64,000 bases of DNA from Raillietiella orientalis. Taxonomy: Eukaryota. The DNA is taken from NCBI GenBank assembly GCA_036172245.1, contig JAYWIR010000001.1, positions 3,844,001-3,908,000 on the forward strand, given 5' to 3'. Numbering within the stretch: position 1 is the stretch's first letter; each line of letters starts with the position of its first letter. The position numbers and the translations under genes were made by a program. The notes beneath the pieces are model-generated. The model had not been told where the DNA came from and searched no databases. It worked only from the letters and a program-made list of their open reading frames with translations. Below are positions 51,601 through 64,000 of the stretch, piece by piece.

Positions 51601-54600
51601 ACGAGAGGCGAAGACACGGGATTATGTACGGCGAATAAAGCCTTCCGGTACCTACTGGAGCAAGCGCATAAATATTTATCGAAAACGGGTAGAGGAATCA
51701 TAATCAATCATGCGTGTGTGTTGCCATCAGTTGGACACTTGGCTACGAAGGCAAAAATGAAGACTTCCGATTTCAAACTGACTCTTCCCATTCGGGAGAG
51801 TAAAAAGCTGATTGCAAAGAAAGAAATAAGATGGAATTTGGGGAAACCACAGCGTCTGTTTCGATACGCGAGAAGCAAGGACGTTCGAAAGCCCAGAGGA
51901 GGAAGACAGATTTCTGGACGAATGTTCCAATCACTTCACCTCGTAGAAAAAGTAGAAGGCCTTCAGTTTACGGATGTCTGTCTTCACCACTGCTCTTCCA
52001 TGTCTTTCAAATAGGAAAGCAGGCAAACCCATATGAGTGTTTTCCCATTTTGAGAACGTGCTTGCCTAGCTTACAGGTGATCCAATTTTATGGGAGGAGT
52101 TTGCTTGGCAAACTAGCCAAAGATGGCGTTTTTGAATGAAAGCTGGACAGTCTTTAGGGTGAATGACTTGACGGTTATACGCCGATCAATGCCGTAAGCA
52201 TTCCCATTTGCGGAGGAAGCATTGCGCAGAAGGAATCTTGATACAAGTATTTCTTGGTTGGGTCGTACTAGCTTATGGTATTTTCGCATGTCGCGGCTTC
52301 CTGGAACAACCGCTGTCCATCGGAGAACCGCGGGTGCTATCGTGCTTCCGGCGGCATTCACGACACGGGTGCAGCAGCAGCATGGCTTTCGATGTTGCTT
52401 TCGTGTCAAACGCCGTCGCATGAGTTACATCCATCGCGATTAGAAAGGCAATGGCATGCCATCTACGGTAATGACAGGAGATTCTTGCATGCGTAATGAC
52501 GAAAATCTGGAATAGTTTGGTCTCAATCACGACTGGGAGGGGAGCATGATCCGATGATTATGTAAAAGCATGTATCTGTGCGGGAATTTCGGATCTTTAC
52601 AAGATCTTTACAAGATTTCATGATCTCAGTGTCTGTTATGCGAGCAGATGCAATTTGGCGAGTTGCGTATGGACCTCCATGTCTTCGAATCACTAGGCAG
52701 GATGTCAGTTTTGATCATCATTCTTATTATGAGAATTACGGATACCAATTACGCTAAGTAAGTATCCGTACCAATGTGCGGCTCAAGGTGGATCTGAACA
52801 CGGAACCATGTGACTTTTTGTTTGCTTAATCTTCTCCCAAAAAACCCTCTAACGCAAAGATCTCCATGCTCACGAATACGTGTCGAACGAAGGATTTGAA
52901 AACACACTCTAAAATTTAATTTTTATTTCTTGATGAGCGAAAACTCCAGTAACATCACACTGGATTGTCTCTTTGAATTTGGGGCATTCCGACACGTCTG
53001 GCTTCCGACACGTTCTATTTAGAACAGAAGCTGAGAAATTGAGAAATGGAATATTTCATGTTGACCTTGCCCTTTGAAGTTCAAATGAAACACTTGCACG
53101 ATCTAGAAATCTCACGCATCAGTAAGACGGTGATTATGGATACCGTGATTTCTTAAGGTTCTTTCTGCTTGCATTTTCACTCGAAATGCAGAAACAGAAA
53201 TTCCACATTCCATAATGCAGAAGATGAATGTCGCTTGTTCGCGTGAGCGAGAAAGTTGGAAACCGTTCCGATGATCCACATTCTATTTTCAGCAAAATCT
53301 GACAACCAAACAACATAATCACTTCCCACGTGTTCTTCCAACATGGAGGCTACATTTTGGTGGTGGAATGTCCATGGTTTGCCTTCCAGAATAAGTCTAC
53401 GACAATACAATTGCCGATCCAGACTCCAAAGTTCGAGTCTTCTATCACGACGCCGGACCACCATGCATTTCAATAGAGGATCTTCGTCCTTTTCCCAATC
53501 TCCTTAGGAGGTCATCGAAACGCATGTGAATCGATTGGGGAGGGAGGCATGGAACAGCATTGTTCCAACGCTGTTCGCATGGGGATGGGAATTACGGATC
53601 AATTCCAAATTGCTACCCCCCTTTCCGGAGAGAGAGACTTACCATCATGGACCGGGTCCAAGACCTAGTCAGGTTTTCAAAGGAGGCCAGATCAGGCTTG
53701 CTCTGCATACAACTTCCCCAACAGGACTTCCAGGTACTTGAAGCACTCCTTTGGGGGTTTCCAAGCGAAGACCAGCCCACAATAACTGTCATCCCACGAA
53801 GTTCCGATCAGGATGACCGTCAGCATTGGTCCTCTTCACCTCTGACAGCTCCCATACGGATCAACACGAAAAATTCTTCGAGTTGCTAGTGCTAGTGCGA
53901 CACGTTCTGTAGAGCTATCCTTTGGAGCGAGTTCTGAGTGGTTCTCGAAAAAACAACAACCGAGGAACCGAAAGAGTGCACTTGCTGGGGTAGCACAAGC
54001 AATGTACTCGTCAGCTATCGAAAGAACCTTGTAAACCCTCCGGATGATCCAAGGATCTGCGGTTTCGAGTTGACAACAAAGATGCAAAACGCTGCAGAGC
54101 CATCTCGAAAGCGGAGACTTCAGGAGAAGCACTAGCCATTGGGAACGCATCGTGCCATCTCCCTTTCTACCCTATGAACACAATCAGATAAAACGAACGA
54201 TAAACGAACGTTGGTAGCTGCTTCTACACCGCATGGTGACTCAACGCTACTAAGAGTGTTCGAGGATGGAGAATAAGCTAAAGAAGGCGCCCTCTTTGGC
54301 AAACACGCCTAGACGCAAGCATCGATGCTGCTATTTGCTCTAAGCCAGCAACTCTTGTTCCGTGAAATGGACAGAATTTCACATCTTGAAGGTTTATTAA
54401 GAGGGACACAAAGATTGCCTTGTAAAGGGAAGTGCAGAAAGCGTCCGAGGTATCTTGGTAGCAACCGACTGCTCTTACGCCGTGTCGAGTGAAAGGTAAT
54501 CTGGTCCAGTAAACGGATGTAGGCAAAATTTCTGCTCGGCGGACAGCACCATGGGAAAGAACGAAGCATGCATGCAGCTCCATTCATCGCAATGCAGCAA

Positions 54601-57600
54601 AGAATGCGCTCTTCAGAGAGTTTCAACGACTTGTCTTTCGACCTTCGCAGAGACTGTGTTGCACGTTGAAGAACACTTCGCCTGCTATTGAAAGACCACG
54701 GTAAGTGCAAGGCAAAGTGAGGTTCATACTTCCAAGTTTGCATCAAGCAGGCTTCACAAAAAGTTAAAAGCTGACCCCAAGTCAAATAGTGTGACTTTTG
54801 GTGATACACAAAAACCTTTGGAAATCGAGCTGAGGAAACATGGCAGTGAGATGAAGTTCCATAGTGTCTTCGAATTCAAAAAGTCGTTGGCGACTGATTC
54901 GCACAAAAGAGACAAGAAGAAGAGCAGAGATCAAGAAACTGGACTTCCTAGAGGTTAGCAGTTGAAGAATCGGTTTGCAGAGGAAAAATTTGCTCTCCAG
55001 CTAAAACAAGGAGTCGGTGAATTTTCCTGCACATCTCCAGACAAGTTTCCAGCTGAAGATTCCGTTACAACGGATCGAATCCATGCTCTGAATCACGGGT
55101 TTGTTGCATCTAAGTGCGGTACTGCATGGAAATCCATATTTATTGATCTCAGGAAAGAAGTCGGGTAGAAGGACACTACAGTACCCAAAATGCAATTCCA
55201 TAACAAACTCTCATGCCAAGAAAGTAAAAATATCACGGAATTTTTTTTATTTTATTTACGAGAAACAGTAAAGCATACTTCTTGTAACGACTTTCATTAG
55301 ACACGACCTATATTTTCTAAAAGTTGCTTTCCTGATAGTATGGTTTCAATGGTACTAGGTTCGGGTAACTTAGATTAACGTGACAGACTGAGGAACGTGT
55401 TGGAGCTCAACGCTTGCCTACGCTACTGGACCTTCTTTCACGACGAAATGCTTGCATGCAGAAAGTAGGAAACTCACGGGTTCACCGTTGCCAATCCTCC
55501 GGGGCATCGCTCATCCTTATCTCGCGATCCTCATGAGAAGAGCTACCAAAGCAGCGCGATCTCGTGTCCCCTTCTCGGCCTGTGCGCTCTTTTCGAGTGG
55601 TTCGCGCCAAAGGCGGGTTCTTCTGAAGGCATTTTGCAGTGCGAGGACGGCACGTTCACTGTCTGCTAATTGCATGATCTGACAAGCAGCTGTGGAAGAA
55701 ACCCGTGCAGCTAGGGCTAGCGGCCTGGTCCCCAATCTTGTCAGTTCACCTGAAGAGAGGAAGACAGCCCACGCCCCACCAGAGAACACATCCTGCGCCG
55801 CTTTAGGCCAAGCATGGAACGTGGAGGCAAAACCAGACGCCTTCCTTTGAGGAAAAAAAAAAAGGATTTGCGGAAAGGACGAGTTGGCTTCTTGGCGAGA
55901 GCCTTCGGAAACGGGATGCACGGAATCCCAGAAAGATCAGCAGTGCATGTCGTGTCGGTCCGCTGGTGTTTCGGTGGGATAAGCACGAGAAACGATGTAT
56001 TGAATGGAAATCGGCTGCATGGCAGAGGCAGCCGCCGCCTGTTTGGGAGTCCGCAGGAGATCCGGCAGCGGGACGCGGCAACTCGAAGGCCAGTGCTGGA
56101 AAGGAGGGCCGACCTGCAGGGCCCTCTGGGCGAGGTCGGCAACAAGAAAAGAGTGAGGTTTTCCGCATCGAAGCGTCGATAGACACGTTCGGCTTTCGAC
56201 CGGACACACCGGAGGTGCTCGCGATGGGTGAGTCATGCTGCTTTTTTTCGCGCCTTTCGCCTTCGGCAAAGGGCTCAGAAGTGAGAAATCTTCAAATTAG
56301 ATTTAGTGATCCTGCATGAGGGGAGGAGATCGAAGGATCAGGAGGAGGACTAATGAATCGATAGATAAATAAGGAAGAGGACAAACTAAACTAAGCGTTT
56401 GGTACTGTCTGCTTATCGAGGGCCAGAAGAGCGGCGCAAGGTACAAGGGGGAGGACCGAAGAGCAGAGGAAACCGAACAGGAGAGCAATTTGTTACTAAG
56501 CAGTTTCTCCGTGAGTTTCCACGCGACTCCATCGTTGGCTCGCTTTTTTCATTTTCGTTTTCCAATTACTTGCTCGGTATCGCTAAACGCTTCGTCTCCT
56601 AGATCGACCAATGGGGTTATTCAATTAGACTGATCTTCCAAGAACAGATTTTGGCCTTCGTACATCACATCACTGCGCATGAAGGAGAGGGAGCGATGCT
56701 TGGATTTCCTCCTTTGATCTGCGCCGTATTTTTTGCACACCATGGTTTCCTCCACTATCGTTAGCTATGGTCTGAAACATCATTTTCTTCCCTCGATGCT
56801 CCCTCTGGACATATTGGGCTTCAGGCAACAGGTTCGCTTTCTTCATCATCATTAAAAATTTGGTTTCCAGAGATGGTGCTGTCGTAAAATACCAATGAAG
56901 TGGCTTGGCTCCTCGATTGGTTAAGAATGATACGAACCGAACACACCTTGCGAGTCCTGAAAAACAAAATCCGGTGTGGACGAGTTGCGCATCCGCTTTT
57001 TCTTGATTTTAAAATGGGAAAAAAAAATTTCTTGTCAGAAAAATGACGAAAGATGGGTGAAATGGACTTCGGGTGCAGCATGACATCCCGCAGTCGCACG
57101 GGTGCCCGGTGTAACGCACTCCTTGTGAACGGGAGCTGGAGAAGAAAAGGTTGAAGAGCACTCTTTGCGTCTTGCAGAGAACAAGAACCTTCGGAGAGCA
57201 ACGTAGAATTTCCCGATGTCTGTCCCAGTTTCCACTTGTTCCTGTGAATTTCTTCTAGAATCATCATGACACACATCGCCGTTTCGTGCAGCTTGGTCGA
57301 TGCTTACGAGGTGTGCTTCGATGGAATCTGCGGAAGAAATTCATCCGAGAGGTCTCTGCTGCCATTGTCGCCAGTATTTTCGAAGTTGACTTCAGTTCAC
57401 GCAGTTCCTATCATATTAGTCATTTCTATCTCGGTCCGTAGCTAACGCAACACTCCGTATTTCAGACCCATCTCCTTGGTTTCTACAATTCTACAATTCT
57501 TTCGAACAAGCGTGCACCACGTTTCCTTGTTCTGCAGTAATGCGCTGTGATTTAATAAGACGTCATCCTTTGTGAATCTTGTGAATCTCAGTTCATTCAC

Positions 57601-60600
57601 CAAAAAGAAGCAAGTCCACCAATACAAGAAGACCTAATACCCTGCACAGACCTTCTTGTATCTTAAACAGTTTTGCACAAAGGAACAACGATTTGAAAAT
57701 CTTCCCTTTGAAGCGGGAAATTTGCAACATTCGTTGAAACACCATTCTGTAATGGTGGTAATCATTTTACCCGATTGAAATTGTATTGATCTAATTGCTT
57801 TCGAATCGTCTGAATGCCGAAGCATTGTATCTCGCTTTGACCGTGAGCTAAGTTCACGGTGTATGCACGATTTATTGCTTCTTTCTGTCTCCAGCTTTCC
57901 ATCATTCTCACCCTTTTACTTATGGTAATCGCTACCCGATTACGTGGAATTCTCGACTCAATGCTTGTGTTCCACAAGACTCGTCACTCAATCCCTTTTT
58001 TGTTACTCATTATGCTTGTTTATCTTAAGTCCCCAGTTATTTCCAGTAAATGAAAACTATAAAATTCGGAAGCATAAAGAAGGCGGATTTTTTTTTCCCT
58101 CACGGCCAAATCGCGTTAAGGAAAACCTAGTTGCAACTTTTCACATTTGCCATTGTAAGGAACACAACAAATTCATGCTGCAAGCTCAGTTTCTTCTCTG
58201 TAATGCATTTTAAGCATCTTCACCATGATAAAATCAATAGATAAATAACTTTTTGGTTTGTTCGACGGAGGAAATGCGTTGAGGAGTCTCGAGTATTCTG
58301 CTGTGTTTTCAGTAGCGCCTTTTAAGGACAATAACTGGTTACAGATTTCCTCAACATATGCCTTATCTTGATAATTTGTTTGAGAACTGCTCTTGAGGGA
58401 TTTTTCCTTTCTACGACTTAGAACTCTTTATGTCTTTAATGAAGTTTGAAAACGTAGAAGGTGTAGAAGATGCTGTCATGAAACGTATTGACATGTATAC
58501 CTGATTCTCATAGAACCAAATTTTTTAGAGGTTCTCACGAATCGTGTCCATTCGATTGGTCGCGAGGGCTGGTGAAGATTTCGGTGAGTGACGCGTGAGA
58601 GGGAGGCAGCAGCGTCGATGGCGACTGGCAGCCGTGCGACTGCAATGTCGCACCGGACATCCGTTTCGTCCGTCTTTCGTCGGTTTGCTGACCAAAACTT
58701 CGTCTTTTTTTCCATTTTGAAAACGTGTAGGACTGCTCCTCTAGGCGGAATCGAGCACGAAGAGTTTGCTCTTGTGAACGTGATCGGCAAACGGCTTGTC
58801 GGATGGACCGCAAGGCTCTTCCACGGCGGGCAAGCAAGTTTCCACGTGCTGCAAGGAGGCAGGCCGAACCCGAGCTCGCCTTTGCAGGCACACGTACGAT
58901 GGTGTGCAAAGGGTGTAAAGCGTGCACTGCAGTTGGAGGACATCCACGGCATGCATCCTCCATGTTTCATTGAGCTTCATGAAAAATGTCGGTAGTGATG
59001 TGTTGTAACTTGATGGCAGCTACTAGTAACTCGTAAAGTTGGTTGTAATGGGAGTGGTGAGTTGCTTCGTAAACAACTTCAGAGAATTCGATAGCATTCA
59101 GGGTATCATCATGTTTTGTTTAGGTATTTTTGTTTTTTATTATATCTGAGAATCTCAAAGGTCCACAATGAAATAATAGACTAATCAAGAAATGAAAACA
59201 GCCATTTCATCATTGTGGCACTTAATACAACTGTGATGTGTAAGGCAGGCAAACAGCAGGAAGGCTGAGGATTTCCAGTTTTGCCCAGTTGCAAGTACTT
59301 GTAGTTGTTTCTCGTTTTGAAATGGGCTTCTATTGAAGGTGTACATGCTTTTATGGAGAGAATGCCCTTAGGGATATGTAATGGTTAATGACTTGGAATA
59401 GGAGCACCTTTTGTGTTTTTGTGTAGTTTTGAGCTGCATAAGTGTTTTCATTTTGCAAGTGTTCAGTTGCTTTTCCGGAACAACCACCAGTAGATTGGGA
59501 ACTATTGAAAATTGTGAACTTGGTTTGATTGCTTGCTTCTTTTGCAAACATTCTTACTGTATGATTGACGCTTTTACTGCGAGAGTAAGAATGTCTGCAT
59601 GTGTGAAAGAACAGGATCCTGATTTCTGTTCACACATGCAATTCCATGCAATTGTTGGAGATGCTTTGTTATTTTTTTGCTAACACATTCATGGAAGCAG
59701 CTGCTCTCTAAGCACAGTGCTCTGTTGATGCTTCAAATCTGCACAGATGCTGTGAAACCATTGCACTTTCCTTGCTGGTTTGTTATACCTCTCATGTTAC
59801 TCCAATGTAATGATGTTTAATGTGAAATAGATAGTTCGACAAGACTTTAGTTTAGGTTGTAATCTGGGTTCCAATTCCCTGTCTTTCAATAATCCTCCCA
59901 TCAGCCCTTCATATGTAGAGGTTGGGCATCTTGAGGAAAGTAGGGTGGATTTATTGTAAGATTATGTAATTTTGTAACAAGAACATCCTTGGAATAAAGA
60001 GAACACATGCCTGTAAAATTGGTTTTCAGGAGTGCAGAATGCCTACCAACCATCAGCAAATAGTTTTGTTTCATTCATCACTGGATTTCGTTTTTTCAAG
60101 GATTCATCTTGGGTGCAACTTGCAATTTGTTGATGCCATTTCAGCAACAGTAAAAAATAAAAAACATCTAGGTTTCTCATTGCAGAGTATTGTGCATGTT
60201 TTTGTTTTTTTCTTCCAAGGATAAGTCTACTATTAATAGCTGGTTGACCCTTGAAAGCTGAAAGCTGTTTTTGAAAAGGTCATGTTTGGCCAATTTGTGT
60301 GCTAGAATTGAATCAAATTGAATATCAGATTGTTGATCTTTTCTGTTGAGAATTTGCCATTAGAGGATTGCTACTGGTTGCAGCACTGAAAAGCAATGAA
60401 AGTTAAACAGAATTCTGTGGAATTTCAGAGTCGTGTGCAAGAAATTAAAGGATAACTAGAAAATGTGATTAGACTTTTAAACTCTGAGGTTCAGTACAAG
60501 TGTTTGGAATTTACGAGAAATATTTGAAACCATGTTTATGGAGAATATACTTAAATCCCAGACATGTTTCTACTTAATTTAAATTCTCTTGCAGTAATCT

Positions 60601-63600
60601 GGGATGAATGAGTAGCTTCCAATCCATTACTTGGTGATTTTCAAGTTATGAATGTGTGTGAACAAGGGTCCTTACTAGAATCTGTTTTGATCAGATGAAG
60701 AGTTGGTATTCTGTGCTGTCTTCAGGGAGTTTTCCTGCAAGTCCCTTCCACAGATACATTACTTGTAATCAGATTTCCCAAACAATTTTTTTTCCGGACC
60801 CTGGAAAAGTTTCTTTCTTGGTCCTGGAATGACCATTATGAAAGGACTTGCTTAATCTGCAGTGACATGAGTTCCAAGAATACTGGAATTAGTGTGGGTA
60901 TGATTATCATGATTATTTCTTTGTATTCATGATGCTGCATTTGGACTGGAAATATTAATATTCAGAGTACTCCATATGATGCTCTATGTACCAGAGAAAA
61001 AAATTCCGTTATCAAAGTCCCTTCATTGCAATGATTGAAGTGAACTCTAAAAGTGGAATCAACATGAATTTAATTTTTAGTGCAATATTTTGCATTCGTA
61101 AGACCTGTTTTTGCTGTCATTGCTAATTTTACCAGTAGACTGATGCATGTCTACTGTAATTGCTTCCAAAGCAACTGTGAAGGATTCCTGAGGCCAAATA
61201 TAGCAAAGAGATTAACACCTGTCTCCATTCAACATTTCGAGAACTGTAATCTATATACATTGGTGTGAACACAAATTCCAAGCTCCTAAAATAATTGCAT
61301 TGGGTTACAGGCAACCATTAATTTGCACATTGGCTGAACATGAAGTCGTTTTCTCATTTACATGTTTCTCACAAACTGGTTCTCATGATTGTGGATGTGC
61401 TAGCAATCTTCCAACTCAGGTGATCTTGCATCAGATGCAGAAAAGCAGAGATGTTGAAACAATTCATTCAACAATACATGCTCCAGGATATATCTGGGAT
61501 ACAAGATAAATCTCATATCAGCTTTTCTGCTTGTATAATGATCATTGTAAGCAAACAGATTCGTAATGTGTGGACAGCCTAGCTTTGCTATACCATCAAA
61601 ATACAAGATAGAGCCTGAGGGAGGGCACATCATCGTGCCTGCCTTTCATGCTGCGATGAAAGGGTGTAAAGTATTTCATGTTGGATGCAACTGTTTTCAT
61701 AAATAATGTCTTGTTTCATTGAACATGGGAAAACATTTTTTGCAAGCTTATCATGGAGACAAACGGAACAATAAGCCAGCGACTTAAGGTGACTTGAAAA
61801 TTCTCTAAAAGCATCATGAGATGACTGACTTTTGCCTAATGGACTGCAAGGATTATTTACTAGTCAGTAGCAGTGCTGTGCTGAATTAACCAGTTCCATC
61901 GAATCATTCAATCCCATTTTAACTTTTGATATTTTATTAGGAAACTGAAAGTGCACACGTTGGGCTCTATTTTCTGGAGTAGTTAGTCTGGAGTTTATGT
62001 TTTGGGTTGTTGATCCTCTTTCTTTTCTATGTGATTTTGAATGATTCGTTTAGCCCTAGTTGCTTGAGGGTTTTCAACTGGAAGTATGTTTTTCGCTTAA
62101 TTTCTTTTCTTGCATGTTTTTGTCGGTTGCATAGGTTTTATTGTCGATCGTCCATTCATCTGATTCATCTGCAGTCAATTTCGTTGTAGTTGTTGGATGT
62201 GAAGCATCCCTCACTACTCTTCGCAAGGCATGGTATGGTCGCGTGTCAGATAGCGGCTGATAAGAACAACTTTATTTGTACTTCTACAAAGCACTTTGAC
62301 ATCAGCTAAAACGTCTTTTCACTGGACTTTCCCTAGTCCGACCAGCATGGAATCAACACTTAAAACTAACGTTCTCAGACGCAAATGTAAGAACAAATTT
62401 ATGGTTCACACGAGTCTTTACACTACACACGTTGCCTGTGTTTGAGCACTGCACAAGTTCACTTTGGGTCTTCTGTCTTGAATGTTTGCGGTTCGTCTCA
62501 GAAGAGGCGATATGCCTCCTGGATCTTTTCCATGATTTAGCGGAGGGTCCAGTCAGGAACTTTGCTGCAAGCTCCTGTACCGGTTTCTTTTTTTATTTTT
62601 TTTTTTTTAACAGAACTATCAAAATGTCCCTTGTTTGTGTGTGCATACTCCTGAGTTTGTCCTTATGAGGATGCTCTGGATGAAGAAGACTGCAGTCGCC
62701 TTCAGCATGAGATTGCAACTGGGAACGTTTCCTCGTTCTGCTGGGAGTCTTCATATTGGTTGGATGCTTCTAGAATGGTTTCATCACACCACATTCCAGT
62801 CACGGACGAGGGTTCGGCAGGTGTAAAGGTGAAGGCCAGGCATATTGTCGTTTCCGGGTCTTGCACCCAGTGTTGATCCGTATGCCACAAAGGATCTCCA
62901 TTATAAAATGTCGGGAGGTTATCTTGGATCTTTGTAGACAGGTCGGATCCTTACAGGACGGTCCCGATGGCGAATGCATTCAGAGATCCCAACCTTGTCC
63001 TCGTGCTTTCCATTGCTTCTTCGGGACTTCACATACAGTTCCAGAGCTCGAAGGTCTATTTTGATCCATTGATAACTTGCCAGGGCACCCTGGACTTGTA
63101 GGTTCTGCACCCTGAATCTGTCTTTTGTACTGGAACAGTCACTTCATGGACGTTCACATTCTAATGGTACGTTCTCATCTTTCGAGCCATTGCTATGTGG
63201 CCAATGGGATGTTGACAAAACGCGGTTTACCGTAGCCAGCTCCTTGCCTCAATATTTCCTTGGGCAATTGGATCGACCTTCGATTTGCCGTACTGGTCAG
63301 GGCTGATATCAGATCGTATGTTTCGTTGATCACTTCGAGCAAGCTCGATGAAGCAGATGCAGCCACTCCTCCCAGTTGGTGGTGTGCCTCGGTAGGTGGA
63401 TGTCTGAAGCTCAATAGTATCTTTGACGTTCTTTCTGGTACAGCTTCGTCTAGCGAACGATATGAAAACTTGAACTTTACTCCTGGTTTTCCACTTTTCC
63501 ACATGAGCAATCTTTGGGCCTTGGCTGATTCTTTGGCCACTTCCTCCAGTGTGTGGTAGAAGGTCACACAAAGCAGAAACTTGGGTGCCACCACTCCGTT

Positions 63601-64000
63601 CTAGAGGTTGAGTGCTTCTAAAAAGAACGTTTAAAAAGTACGTCACGCCCTTATAGGACGGCAGTTTCTCTCACATTCTCCGGAAGATTCCCTTCTATTG
63701 CGACGGTGACGACTAGTCATCTTCAGTGTTAACTTTCTCGTACTTTATGTAGTAAACTATTTTGATCCTCTGTTTCTGTCTTTTTCGAATTTGCCAACAG
63801 CTCGACAGTGAATCTTCATCTGGCGATCAGATTGCGGCTACCGAGTTCTCGTTTTGTTGTGCGACTGGGAATTCGGACCCTGTCTGTGGTGTGTGCATCC
63901 ACGATGCTACCATCGCTGTCAGTCATTTGTGCCTCATCTTCAATGACGACCTTCAGCAGCCTCTCCTCTGTGCTTTCTCTTACTGGTTCTGCCACCATTG

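Noticed and set aside
55600-55660. IQ-like motif LQNAFRRTRLWR on the minus strand
   Set aside because: A single low-information motif in a GC-rich ORF with no other support.

Overview
Compact animal (metazoan) nuclear DNA, AT-rich, with very short spliceosomal introns (mostly about 35-60 nt). Six housekeeping genes look intact: NDUFAF5 (+), TASP1 (-), GFM2 (+), HACD/PTPLA-type dehydratase (-), TCP1/CCT1 (-) and importin-5 (-). There is also a disrupted ANKS3-like ankyrin gene and three 5'-truncated L1/Tx1-type non-LTR retrotransposon copies. Two of the copies are nested. An antisense copy sits inside the KAFD motif of a related copy, each has its own target-site duplication, and both share a 3' UTR hairpin with three compensatory base-pair changes. 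Other notable signals are a 52-nt U12-type intron in TCP1, strong CpG depletion in most housekeeping gene bodies (consistent with gene-body methylation), two long foldback hairpins, convergent genes with stop codons 6 nt apart, and several spliced-looking but stop-riddled gene relics. Two large blocks (about 28.5-39.8 kb and 47.6-64 kb) contain nothing I could identify with confidence. I found no tRNA, rRNA or CRISPR. All homology calls are by eye; no searches were run.
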